Below, in pieces: positions 26,401 to 38,956 of a DNA stretch of 64,000 nucleotides. This DNA comes from Amoebidium appalachense (Eukaryota; Protista; Ichthyosporea), in contig CAVNZM010000004.1 in the NCBI GenBank assembly GCA_963693365.1, forward strand, positions 2,065,889 to 2,129,888, read 5' to 3'. The notes below the pieces were generated by a model that searched no databases, was not told where the DNA came from, and worked only from the letters and a program-made list of their open reading frames with translations. The stretch's first letter is position 1; each line of letters starts with the position of its first letter. The position numbers and the translations under genes were made by a program.

Positions 26401-26659
26401 TGCACTTCACTCTCACGTGTGGTGCGGCAAGTACAATAATGCCTCGGTTTTTCGCGTAACCGGGGTGTGTGGATGTGTCGACCAATGTAGAGTTGAATTT
26501 GTGGTGGTTTTTAAACTGTGTTTCGCAAATCACTGTAAACGTGTGGTTGTTTGTCTGTTGTTGTATGTAGCTGATTTTATCGTCGAGTGTCCCGGGGGGG
26601 AGGCCCTTTTGGGGGCCCAGTGTCCGAGCATTCCAGAAGAAGAAGGATAAATTAGGCAT
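23465..26659 (-). CDS. LINE ORF2: APE endonuclease, reverse transcriptase and C-terminal Cys/His motif (1064 aa, intact)
   Basis: FWNARTL, ICETQ, ILGDFN, SDHSPI; KSCGPDGLP, FRPITL, QSAFR, GLLQGSLLSPFLFN, LYADDL, YKYLGV; CPNN..FNRSCIAKC. Confidence 0.95.
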   Translation of the reverse strand: MPNLSFFFWNARTLGPQKGLPPGTLDDKISYIQQQTNNHTFTVICETQFKNHHKFNSTLVDTSTHPGYAKNRGIIVLAAPHVRVKCKPVAKTEFSVSIEFLSNVFTFVYYPPSMSVVELTHELSQLPMSTVILGDFNTRLHHTDTLQVSVGYPSKPPERAIPLARYVQSHTLRFPQISHAHNTDWGVAFWPSTMSKLSLPPNLSRSSDHSPILFLPKISLDLLPPPPPTFRLRLSQLKSQWGRVDVCVCYATKHPIYMRLLESAQARPDSHLVLDTCTNFIVDDLIDLGDYAGGGRKEYPDALLLPNTTPARLGEPLSQKESLRRLASMNRFGPPARIIGDTTGDPLIDSDKYFSELFKDRTPAQKPIVWPVDPSIPIESILPFFSPDAIWSVISSYSSSKSCGPDGLPAGFLKILVPSYPQKESDRAIKPDLTIMLSSLFSWCVKCGHVPSSWLDTLVIPIVKKDSEGPISSFRPITLTQVVRRFFEACLLRLFAHHPRFQSILHIHPCQSAFRKNNSCYVQIMALHDSMQVGAQYVGFIDWKTAYDSVSPGLLWEKLAARGVPHCIGVLLEALLSQTYGRAVVNGHLSYGFARTRGLLQGSLLSPFLFNLFIDDLAVKIYAENDDPINNFPPALLYADDLSLLARTPRRLQRLFDVVSEWCKANLMILNIDKCGVLVPDIANNLHTFTLSSKPVPIVPEYKYLGVPVDSVGVMFPHMVEKRVELARKRLAFFSANIFKDTPLHPSIRLTFIRTFVFPACEYGLPLLAAWIKKERTRALKPLANFLEAEVASFLSNNCCKPGPVTLSIYGLVPIAARVSYLALKFNKHISRLKKYLPSHPLFSIRPVPSSPLPSFLPSLSPSPLGTNTNKPRNSVCVTLDCHLLIKHVHNHKIITQYNKWKKIPHDTRPDESIHLEKLSLMSRFIYTDRLNHIAKYGTRKCITPKYILPSCRTGLSLADGIIDQLPRFYCTRAIQWRSNKYKVASFACPNNTHTHQFNRSCIAKCSLIDHIIPQHTHVTFTTDTQKDSLPVNYNILDFILNTRNYDLFIRCIDWLEKHITTKL

Positions 26660-27113
26660 CGGTTTGGTCCGACACCTGTGGGGTTGGTTCCCACTTGTCG
26701 CTTACGGGGTCGTATGCACGACCTTCCGCCAGCGCGAACAGTTCGCAGAAGAGCTCGATTTCCATCTCGCATCGGCGTTTGCGCTCGAGCAGTTTCTCAC
26801 CAGAAAACATTGGTTCCTTCGTGTCCGTGTCTATCACGCTCGTAGCATCGTTTTCCAACTTTGCGAGGAACTCTTTTGCCTTGCTGATGCGTACACGACA
26901 ACGTGTGGCGCACGCATTCTTAGCAGACACTTTACGTTCTTTGTCTGCTTTCTGAATGTTTTCCGGCGCGCATGGGTCGTAGTTTGGGAGGTGGGTGAAG
27001 AAGCTTCCACACCCCTTTGTCGCGTCACGGATGTGCATGCACGTACGCATACAGTGTCCGTCCGCGTGCAAGATTGTCCGCCAACAAGATTCCGTCGACG
27101 CCGATTTTGCCAA
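26652..27113 (-). CDS. LINE ORF1 (short, Cys/His and coiled-coil-like); start uncertain
   Basis: Directly upstream of ORF2 with an ATGccTAA 8-nt overlap. Confidence 0.55.
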   Translation of the reverse strand: MAKSASTESCWRTILHADGHCMRTCMHIRDATKGCGSFFTHLPNYDPCAPENIQKADKERKVSAKNACATRCRVRISKAKEFLAKLENDATSVIDTDTKEPMFSGEKLLERKRRCEMEIELFCELFALAEGRAYDPVSDKWEPTPQVSDQTDA

Positions 27114-27305
27114 AATTTTAAGATTACGCCGACGGGCCTGTTTTCAGAACAATCTTAAATTTCATTTGGGGTGCAGGTTGTCAGACTCAATCCACGACAT
27201 AAACTCCCCTAAAACCTGTAATTTCAGCATTTCACTCAATATATATGGCTATTTCCCATTTCCAGTTGCACCGGGGGGTTCGGCTCAGCTGCCTTTTTTT
27301 TTTTT

Positions 27306-27349
<44 letters not shown>

Positions 27350-27403
27350 CGGCCTTTCTCCTCTCTCCTCTCTCTCTCTCTCTCTTTCTCTCTCTCCCCC
27401 CCC

Positions 27404-27448
<45 letters not shown>

Positions 27449-27775
27449 GCTCTCTCTCTCCTCCCCTCCCCCCCCCTCCCCCCAACCTCCTTCCTCTCTC
27501 TCTCTCTCTCTCTCTCTCCCCCCCCCCCCCCCCCCTCCTCCCCCCCCCCCCCCCCCCCACTCTCCAAAGAGGGCACACACACAAACGTGCACCACACAGC
27601 GAAACGGTCTCTATGTAGCCACTGCTAGCTTGAACCACCAGCATCTTATAAAATATAATTACCACGCGTTATCAACTTGATGCACACACCAACTTGAACT
27701 TGCATGTGCAATGGTCCCCGAGTCCTCCCCCCCTCTCCCCTCCCCCCTCCCCCCCCCCCCCCCCCCTAGGCCTCC

Positions 27776-27808
<33 letters not shown>

Positions 27809-30276
27809 CCCCCGACGGGCTAAGATTATGAGGACAGCCAAAACCTAACTTTCTAATTGAAAAATAAGATTCCGTCCCCACCCCCCAAAAGTGCGGAATC
27901 TTCCGCGCGGACGCAAACTGTATGACAGCGATCGCGATCGATCAATCTTCGGAAGCGCGGACGTGTGCCGCGGATCATCAAACATTGCAGTGCATTTGGT
28001 ATAAGCATGTTTCTGTCCCAGATATAGAAAATCCCTTCTATACTCCAATAGTATTTGTACATGCAGCAGATACATGGTTGCCATTCTGTTAGTTGTGAAC
28101 GGTTGGCTTGAGAGCTTGCACACCGTCATGGCCGTCTCCCGGTAGTGCCAGGCAGCCAGGCACCCCAGAGGCCGGTTACCGGCCGGGTTGTACAGAGTAC
28201 TCGCTGACAAAATGCGGCCAATCAGGAAAAAGATCGGCTCCAAATACGTCTGTAGATCCCGTTTGACGATTGGACAGTTATGAAAATATAAATCATTTCG
28301 AGCCTATGTAAACAAACAAACGCGCGCTGTCCGGACGGCCCACTACTCAGTCCACTGGGTACAAAGGTAGATTCCTTCATGCAAGTGTCTGCCCCTTCAT
28401 TGAAACCCTAATATCCTTTTCGTGCCCTTTCCCAATTATCAGGTAATAAAAGTGCTGGTATAGCGAAGCAACGCGTTACTCTGAGCATTTTTGCGGTAAC
28501 TAATATTACATAGCTGTTACAGAGCTCCTTCAACTTTCGAATTCACTTCAGGCCGGATTCAGTACGCATCCACGTAACGGCGCAGTTTTTGATTGATAGC
28601 TGGCACGGCGTATATCGTGACTCTGGATCTTGAAGCAACCAATTTAGCTCATTGGCGTAACTCACCTTTTACAGTACATGAATATATCCCGTAACGTCGT
28701 TTTCTACATGTGTATTTGTTAGGTGGAAGTACTGTTGACCTTGGTGCCGCTCTCTCCCCCCACATGTACATAGCCCAATTAAGTCTTTCAGCCTTGTTTC
28801 AAGTCATGCATTGCCTTAGTCCGCGGTACACACGTGCCAACACTGTACCAGTAGCATGGGTACTGTACCAGAATCACTTGCCAACCCCCTAAGACCGCAA
28901 GAGGCTTTTTGACTTTTTTGACGCCACGGTGCACGCAACCTCAGAAATGTACTTCTTGTGCAAAAGTGCGTGCACGCACTGCTCACAAGTCACATGCTTG
29001 CAAAAGGAGAATTTATTGGATAACCAGTGCTGATATTGATTATATCAATTTATGCCAATCATAGCGATAAATTCCAACACCAACCATGGCTCTTGGTATG
29101 TGTGGGTATTGTAGCAGCTGCAGCAGTGGTTGTCTTGCCCACTTACAAAACCCTCAACAGCTCATTTCGTTCACTTTCGTCCTTGCTGGATGTCTCGTTC
29201 ACATACTGTGTAGTTTTTCTGGCAGACATGTAGAAATACTTATGCTGGCACGTTTTACGACCACTATAGCTAATGATCAGACCACATTCACACCTACGGC
29301 AAATACTAGGTTAACATATGTGTTAGTTAGAAGGTAACTGATTTCAATGCAAGGTAAACTCAACATATTAATACATAAACTACCCGGCCCTTAATGGGGC
29401 CTTACTGAAAGCTTCGAAAATGGCATGTAGGGCACGCTCGAGCTCGGCTATCTTTCTAATGCTCTGGGGTGGTGCCACCTCAGCCAACATATGCAATGTC
29501 ACAACAACAAGTAGTTCCCTCAAGGTTACGAACTGGGGAGAGCATCAAGCATCCTTGTGTGCACGTTTTCCTGTATGTATCCCCTTTTGAAATTCGAATT
29601 CCTTGTTCCCTGGCAGTCTTAGTGCCGTTGCAGTTTTTTTTCGGCTTTAGGTTTGAGTTAATTGCTTCTGGAACGAAAACTGTTGGACACGGCAGTTTAA
29701 AACACGGGCAAGGCAATAGTGATGTGCGACTCGAAAATGGAGGGGGGGGGGGGGGGGGGGGGGGATATACTGCATTGCAATCATTGCCACCTACTCTACA
29801 ATTGTTTACTCTTTCTGCAATCTATCCTTGAGTCTGTCTCAAATCTAAACGTGAACATAATATCGATGTGGTGTTGATCACATTGAGCAAAGCACGGCAA
29901 CACATGCCTGCAACTGCACAGAATTGAACTAGCTATATATATAGTTTGTTTTACCAGCAGAAAGCTGGAGTAGTTTTTTTATATATAGCAAACAGTATTA
30001 GTGCTTGTTAATTTTACAGTGTAGCAGGCACTGATAGTCCACTCGCCAATAGGTCACTGTATGCACGTAGGTTTCCAACCCAAATTCTCCACTATAAGTT
30101 CATAAGTCTTATGTGGCACAGCTCAATAAGGTTTCCTTTGCCTTGGCCTCACACGACAACTACCCTGTTATAAACCAATTCGTGATATGATACCCCAATT
30201 GTATCACGGAAATATACTTGAATTTAGAATTCTGACAACCCGCGGCATCACATGCAGGCCACATGCTGCAACACAG

Positions 30277-30812
30277 GTGCCCCACGTGTGTATGCATACA
30301 ACTTCAACACCACCACCAACACCACCACACGTGCATATCCCAAACCCATAACACACCCTGCCGAGGCATGCACCGCATCATTCTATCGAGTTGTTTCTGG
30401 AAACTTCGATCCGGATGACGTGGATCTTAAGCCAGAAACGCTTCCGTCCGGGTGGAAGAAGGTTGTGCTCTGGAATCCATATGATATGACGGGGGTTGGT
30501 GGGTTTGGGGCTGAGTTGACCAAGGCAATGCAGGTATAGAATCCCTTTATTAAATTTTATTCAGTGTGTTATGGGTGGGCAGGGCAAAGGGGGGGAAGTG
30601 GTGAGAGGGAGAGACAAAAGCATGAGAGGAGAAGCGTCCGGTGCACACAGCTGCAGTGTAACAGTTGCCCTTAGTTGCTGCTCGTGTCAACTACCCCCCC
30701 TAAAAACATGTATATCGTCTTCGCCCTGTCGATCACATCCTGCCCCCACTCCCTCTCCTCCTTCCCCTCCCCTCCCAAAAAAAGAAAAGAAAAGAAAAGA
30801 AAAGACACAGAC

Positions 30813-30869
<57 letters not shown>

Positions 30870-30888
30870 GTCACACACACACACAGTG

Positions 30889-30972
<84 letters not shown>

Positions 30973-31358
30973 GCACAAACACACACCTCTTCACTCTATA
31001 GTACACGCAAATAATTTACCACACCGTGCACGTGTTGTTTAGTCTGCATACTGCGGAAAAGGGAAACATGCGAGGCTTCTTTAGATATACCCAATAAAAT
31101 TATGCGCATTAACTGCTATTTCTGTCCTTCACACAGGAATATGTCTGCAAATTTCCTCCGGGGATAGTTGTTGGTGAGGTTTGGAGTGTTGGCTGGGACG
31201 GCCTGGCTGCTTTCAACCTGACCGTACGTTACTCACTCCCCTCTCTCTCTCTCTCTTCCTCCCCCCCCCCCCCCCCCCCCCTTTCCCCCCCTCCCCCCCC
31301 CCCCCCCACCCCAACCCTCAAACCCCCCGCCCCCCCAACACACACACACATACACACT

Positions 31359-31394
<36 letters not shown>

Positions 31395-33722
31395 CCCACC
31401 CCAACCCCAACCCCCCCGGCCACACACAGACTCACCCACCTATCCAGTGGCACGTATTCATTCTCACATGCAACAAAACACACACAAAAAAAGCACACAC
31501 ATACGCTCCTTCTGCCCCTCTTTCCCCTTTCTCATTCTGCCTCCCCCCCCCCCCCCCCCCCCCCCCCCCCCGCCCCCAACCTCACCCCCACCCCAAGCTC
31601 GGGCTCTGTGTTTTTCTGACACCTCCTTTCATCTGCGGTACCACTCTCCCCTCCCCCATCCCCCCTCCCCCCCCCCCCCCTCCACCACCACCAATAATAA
31701 ATAGCACGGCATTCATAAACAATACACTCACAAGATTTAGCATAATAATTATATGTGCAGAGAAAGACCCACGCACAAGTCAGTGAATAAACCAAACCTA
31801 TGACCGCACATATACACAGGAATCGACACATACAAGCCTCGACACTAGGCACATACATATGGCATCCCAACGCCTTCTACCGGACCCAACCCTTTTCAAG
31901 CAAACCCCTCTAAAGAGTCATTATCTACTTTATTCATTATCTATTTCAAGCAATCAACTTTAAAGATTAGTATACGTAGTCATAATCACGGCTGATCCGT
32001 TAAGTAAATGTCACCTTAAAAAATTAACGCCTACTTACTAACTGTTAATGTACGTACAGAATCTTCGCACCAACACCCCCCAGAAAATGCCAGACGCTCT
32101 GGTGATTGGTAACACACGTGTGGAACCACTTCTTGCACGCGGTGCCCTTGCCCCACTAGACACCCACCTCAACGAATACTATAAGGACACAGGAAAGTAC
32201 CTGGTGCAAGATATTGTGACGTCAATAAGTAACGAGTTCAGAGTGCATGGGTCGTGGTATGCTCTACCTATACAGGTATGTAACTGTATGTAGATGTGTA
32301 CGTGTGTGTGTGTGTGTTCACAGTGCTTAAATATCTGGAAGGGGAGAGGGGGGGGGGGGGGTTGGGGGGGGTGAGGATTTTGTTTGTGGTGTGTGTATTT
32401 GTGTATGGGGGGGGAGGGGGGGGCTTTTGTGTGTGTCTGTGAGGGCGCGGGGGGGGGGGGGGGGGGGGGGGGAAGGGGGGGGAGGGGGAGGACTCATCAC
32501 CGAGAAGGGGAGTGGACGGGGAAAGGGGGACTCGATTGTGCATGTCGTGTGCGTGTAGGGTCTGTGAATGAAGTGAAGTTCTGGACGATGTGTTTGTACA
32601 AACACTCCTCTCCCCCCTCCCTCCCCCCCCCCCCCCTCCCCTCCCCCCCAACCCCCGGCCCCCCCTTCCCCGGGCATCCCCTTAACATACACTGATACAC
32701 TGTACAAACGGAACCCTCCCCGCCATCCCCTCGCCCTCCCTTTCCCCCCCTTTCCCTCCCTCCTCCCCCCTCCCCCCTCCCTCCCCTCCCCCCCCCCCCC
32801 CCCCCCCCCCCAAAGCGGCCCCTCCCCCCGCTTCACCTCAACATCCATGTAACACGTTTCTATCTTTTCAGGTGGCCACACGTCTTCTACTCTACAATGT
32901 TACCGCCCTTAACAACTCAGGCGTCGCCCCACCACCAACCACATTTTTTTCCCCCTCATAATTTTTTGGGATGCCGTACTTCATCCCATTCTGTTGTTGG
33001 CTACCGGAAGTTTACCTGCACGTACCAACACCATGTTTAGTTACTGGTCCCAGCCCACAACATTTGTAAGGTGTCGAACACGACTCTAATATATATTTTA
33101 AGGTGCTAAGTGCCACCCCCAAGCCCCCAATCTATCCCAAAAAAGGCCCGTGTTGATCTATTTATAGGTGCTGGACATGGCTATGGAAGACTTAACCACC
33201 CTTCTTCCTCCAATTGGACATGGAAAACATTTGTGGAAAACGCTAGAAAGATCGGCCCGGGGGCGCTTTCATACGACCCGGATAGTAACGAAGAGGATCG
33301 GTTCGTTGGCTCGATGGCGCGTAGTTTTGGCTCTTTAATGTATTTTCTAAATGCGGACGGATCATATAAGTGTCAAATGACGTCCAAGTTATTCCGGGAC
33401 GCCTTTGATCAGACATTTGCGCAAATGGCTCGCGACGGGACGCTCGATTTGGAAGGTCACCCCATACCGGGAACAGACAAGATGTATTATTTCTTTAATG
33501 AGAGATATGACGAATGGAGAAATTCCACACCTGTTGTCCCCCCTGCATTTACGAAATTCAAGGCGGGTGAAGGAAAGCCCTTAGTGGGATATACATTTAC
33601 CGTGGCGAGATATATTCCAAAGCCCGCAATCAAACCTGCCCCTATGCCTGGGGGCTTTTCCTTTTTGGGCGGTGCGGGAATCTCCATAAACCCCGAGGTA
33701 GGTGGCTTCACCGTCTGCCCCA

Positions 33723-33753
<31 letters not shown>

Positions 33754-34622
33754 AAAAAAAAAGCCTCCTTCCGCGCATCCCGAATATCCCCTCCCCCTCT
33801 GGGGACCCCCTCCCCCCCCCCCCGCCCTCCCACACACACACACACATACCCGCACACACACACATAGAGAGAGAGAGAGACAATTTCACCCTTCTGTCAT
33901 ATGAAGGCAACAAGCTCGACACCTTTCCCTCTCCACCCTTCACTTACCACCCACCCACACCACCACCGCCACCACCACCCGCTTTTACATAATTGAGTCC
34001 ACTAACTGCCGAGGGAGGCAACCAAACCAAGAACTAAAACAAAACTACCATAAAGAACAACAATAAACCCCATTAAATTTTAACCACAGGCAAAAAACGA
34101 TGATGGTGCATGGGACTACATCAGCACTCTGGTGACGTCAGACTTCGACTATGTAGACACCCTAAACTTCGGCGACGGCACCCTAACCCCCTACCGCTCA
34201 AAATGGTCCCTGGCCCCATGGAACGACGCCGAAATGTGGGGGGTTTATAAGGAACAGACAGAACGCGCTATTTCAAACTACTTCCCGTTCATTGCACCCC
34301 CCCAGCTGGCTGATATTTCGAATTTTCGCATTGTGAGAAATCTTTTGCTGGATGTTGCTATCAAGGGAGCAAGTGTTGAGGAGGCCACGGAGAGGGCATG
34401 CCGTACTATGGATTATCTCTTTAAGCCCGTGTGCTCACAGGTAAGCCCCCCCCCCCCCCCCCCCCCTCCCTCCCCCCCCCCCCCCCCCCTCCCCCTCCCC
34501 TCCCCCCTCCCCGGCCCCCGCCCCAGGCGGGCCCCTGCCAATCCCCCCTTTTTCCCCGTCAAACTCGCCCACCCTCACACAAGCGCTTTACACACCCATC
34601 CACACAGACAGAACACACACAG

Positions 34623-34657
<35 letters not shown>

Positions 34658-34738
34658 TACTCCTCCCTCCCACTAGCACCACCACCTTAAACGCCTGTCT
34701 TTTGGCCTCCCGTTTAACTCCCGTCCCGCGGTCTCCCC

Positions 34739-34774
<36 letters not shown>

Positions 34775-37029
34775 TTCCCCCCATCCCTCCCTCCCCCTCC
34801 CCCTCCCCCTCCCCCTCCCACACTCCCGCCTCCGACTCTTCCCCCTCTCCCCCATCCTCTCACCATAATCAGCATCCCCCCAGCCGCCTTCTTTAACAAA
34901 CCCACAACTCACACATATTCGCAAACAGGATCTACTGAATGAATCATTCGATGCCGGCTGCGACAAAAAAACCGGACAACGATATCTCTCTTTCACAATG
35001 CGTGACTGCCGCGGCGAATTTGACAAAAACTACAGAGAACTCGAGAAGATGAAACCCCCCCAGGAACACGAAGTTTCAGTCGTGTGCCCACACATTGGGA
35101 GTGATACACCTATTGCGAATCTGGTTTATGCATTGGCGGCGGTGGGGGGCTTTTACGCAATTTGCATCGCGCTAATCGTATATAGGCGGAGGAAGGAAAA
35201 GGCGATTATGAGCGCATCGGTCCTGTTCCAGATTATAATTTGCATTGGGGCGTGGTTGGCATTTGCGGGGTTGCCTTTTTTGGTAGGTGAGCCGGCAACA
35301 TGGAAACTTATGGTGGCTACGTGGCTGATTTTCATTGGTGCAGCCATGATCTTTGGATCTATTCTCGTCAAGTTGTATAGGTGAGTTTCTGTGGGTTACA
35401 AACCCCCCCAAAAAGGAGGGCGATTGGGCGACGGGGGGCGGGGGAGGAGGGGGAAGAGGACGGGAGAGACGGGGGGGCGGGGGGACAGGCAGGAAAAGGG
35501 GAGATGGAGTTTGGGGAGTGGGGGGAGGGGACAGTTCCAAATTTACTTTTACATAAGGCAGCGCTAAGTACTAATATTACAGTAGATTGTGCGTTATGAA
35601 CTAAATGATGATGGTCTTTGGTGCAGAGGGGAAAACGGCAGGTGTACAGGGAAAGGGGGTGGACGAGGAGATTTTGGAGACAGGTGGGGAGGAGAGGAAG
35701 AAATGGGTGTGGAGGGGAAGGGGGGGGGGGGGGGGGGGGGGGGAGGGAGGAGGGGGGGGGGGGGGGGGGGGGGGATTTGGAGGTGCTGAGAGTTTGATGT
35801 GGGTTTAGAATGAGAGAATTGCCGTAACACGGGGGCTAACCATATTCCTCTCTACTTTTTCTCTCCCACCCCCATTTTACTGTCTTCCCCCCTCCCCCCC
35901 CCCGTCCCCGCCCATCACTCCCCGTCCCCTCCCCCCTCCACACCCGTTTTCCAGAGTTTCAAGATCACCTCCCCCCTTCCCCTCCCGGTCCCTTCCCGCT
36001 CACTGGCTCTCCGAGTCTCTCCCCCCTCCCCCCTCCCCCCTCCCCTCCCCCCCCCCCCCCCCACCACCTTCTTCCCCCCCCCCTCCCCCCTCCTCCTCCC
36101 CTTTCTCCCCCTTCCCCTCCCCCCCCCCCTCCCCCCCGTCCCCATCATACACACACACATACACCCGCAGAATCTACTGCATTTTCGTTGGTCTAAAGTC
36201 CACCCAGAGAATTCGGCTGACGGACCAGAAGCTTCTAGTGCCTCTCTTTACCATATTAGGCATTGAGGTCTTTGTGCTGGCCCTCTTTACTATCTTCCGC
36301 CCTGCAAACACTACAATAACGAGGTAGGCTGCTTTGTGCTAGCCCCCCCCCCCCCCCTCCCCGCCTCCCTCCCCCTCCCCTCCCCTCCCCCCCCCCCCCC
36401 CCAAAAAAAAAAAAAAAAAAATCACCACCATCCAAAAAATACGTATCCTTTCCTTAAACATGGCACGGCATGCCGTTTTGTTCACCATCGTTCCTTCCAT
36501 ATCCATAGGCGTGCATGGCACCGAATGGTAGTGCTTTCTCAAACATGATTAGTGTCTGACTAATCTACACACGAGAGTTTCAAGAGCATCGTGCCAAACC
36601 GAGAGATAGATGCCAGAACGCACTTTGGACGCCCGAACCATCGACCATGCATATGACTAGTTGGAGCAAACTAGTTTCATGCATACACGTACTAGTACAC
36701 TTAAGGTTTTGCCCGCTGGTGTCCTTTGTCACCTCGCTTTATTTTTATTTCGTAGCTTTGGCTTTTTCAGTTCTATTGGTGGTTATGTAGCCTGTGGCTG
36801 CACGTTGCCTTCATCAACGGATCAATAAAACCGAGTCAAAAGAAAAATAAAATTCCGACCATCAAGCTAAAAGTGTCCTTAAAAAACTAAAAAAAAAAGA
36901 AAAAATTCTACCACCGGGACGTCAGTCAACCCAACTGCCCCATGTACGTCCCCTGCGTTTATTAATCCCCTTCCCCTCCCCACCAGATATATGACGAGTG
37001 GCACGAAATTCGAAACCTTTTTAGTGAAG
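30277..37029 (+). CDS. Class C (7tm_3-like) GPCR with a carbohydrate solute-binding-protein-like ectodomain; multi-exon, TM5-7 not found
   Basis: Exons at about 30277-30533, 31137-31173, 32060-32275, 32872-32940, 33168-33697, 34090-34440, 34929-35380, 36171-36323 and 36986-37029; SBP motifs PDALVIG..GALAPLD..WYALP..RLLLYN..WTWKTF..SFLGGAGISI; TM motifs IMSASVLF..IGA, IFGSILVKLYRIYCIF, LTDQKLL. Confidence 0.82.
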
Positions 37030-37563
37030 GTGCATGAGCAACACTGACACAGGCTCTGTGTAACTGCTCATTGACCTGCATACTTATTGCTGGTGTTTAT
37101 GTTCTTTTTTGGTTTTCGCTTTCCTTATGGTTTTATATGCCCTCCCTTATTCTCCCTTTCTTTCAAACCTAATTGTGACGCGCACGAGCTCCGCCTCCTC
37201 CTACTCTTTATTCACCTAATCTCCCCCTCTCCCCCCCACCCACCCACCCACCTCTGACGCTCAACGTTTCCCCAAACTCCTCCAATATTTCCCTTTTTCT
37301 CATCTGTCACACAGTTCCCCCCCTCCCCCCCCCCCCCCCCCCCCCAAAAAAACACACACACACACGCACACACCCCACCACCCCACCACCCCACCACCTC
37401 TCACCACCAACATTCACCCACATCAAACCCCCTAATGCGAAATCTAATAACAATATACCGAACCAGCATAGTATACTAGTACATGCACGTATGGATGGAC
37501 ACACGATCACAAAGCATTTCTGGAAACAAAATGTAACCATTAAAACCATGAATTTACCACAGA

Positions 37564-38910
37564 TAGTTTCTGCCTGCCGACAAGCGGTTCGCAACCATGA
37601 AGGGTATCCCCGACGAGGAGATGCGCCTGGGTGGCTCAAGGCCCGCGGCATCGTCATCGACGAGGCCGGCAACCGCAAGACTGGTGCAAGCGGTGGGAAG
37701 GCCAGCACTGGCTCGGCCAAGCGCGGGGGGGCAACGTCAAGACGACGACGACCCCGCCAAGCTCTCACCGGTCCAAACCGTCGACAAACTGGTATGTAAA
37801 TTGTTGTAACACAAGAGCTTACTTACTGAGAATTTGTTGAAGCCTTGTGGTTCATAAAAGTCAACATACATCATGCCGACCTCTTAGGAATCCTCGTAAT
37901 GTCCGTGCGATCCCTCCAATAGATCCTTATATGATATCGTCTCGAGTATTTTCTGACATTCCATGATGTCTTAATTGGGTTGACGACATCTTATGAATCC
38001 CCATAATATCCGTACGATCCCTCCAATAGATCCTTATATGACATCGTCTCGAGTATTTTCTGACATTCCAATAATGTCTTAATTGGGTTAACGACATTAG
38101 ATTTATCACATACATTAATCGTGTAATATCGAAGGTGCCTTGTCTTGTTTTGTGTTAACACGCCATCACCCCATGCATGCAAGGGGAAATTGTGTGTAAC
38201 CTGTGTTGGATAACGGCAGTAAGCACACAACATACGGTGTGCGACAAACTTCAAGTTACACCAATATGATTTGCCCTATGCAGTTCGAATTCACCAAGGG
38301 GCTGTCCAAGTCCGATCCCATCTTTCAAGTGATGGCGATGAAGTTCCCGTTCTCCAACGAGGGCCAGAGCAACATCCCCGTGTGCAACGCGTTCCTGGAG
38401 TGCTTCAACCTGACGAACCGGAGCTTGTACGCCACCCTGTCGGGGGAGGGTATCGAAGACTGGGTTCAGCTGCTAAGCAGGTGCGCCAGGGGCTCCCGGG
38501 CCCAGAAAGTTGTCCCGTCATCCGTGCAGGGCTCACCGCGTGCAAGTCAGAGGTGAACCGGGGCATGCACACCGCCATGAGCAGCTACATTGTGCCAGGA
38601 ACAAACCAAGATGTATGTGATGACTTTTTTTCCCACACCGTCTGCATGTCGTGAATCTGCTTGGGTTTTGCTCATGGCTGAATCATCTTGCAATTCATGA
38701 TCGATATGTTGGCAGCTTGATGATTGTGTCTTCAAATGACAAAGGGTAACCATAAAGACAGGTTTTTTCATACGGGTTTGCATACAAACTGCAACAGATG
38801 AGACTCACAGCTGGTCCCCCCCCGGGCCCCCCCCCTCCCCCCCACAAACACACAATACACATACACACACCTGCACACACAAGCACATTTACATGTAACA
38901 CGCACACACA

Positions 38911-38956
<46 letters not shown>

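Larger units (their letters stand above)
23294..27293 (-). mobile_element. Near full-length non-LTR retrotransposon with poly(A) tail
   Basis: ORF1 and ORF2, ggggagcccc hairpin before a ~60-nt poly(A) (23294-23355); 5' end abuts another A tract, so the boundary is approximate. Confidence 0.85.

Noticed and set aside
27200-27293. HDV-like ribozyme at the LINE 5' end
   Set aside because: Could not build the nested double pseudoknot by eye
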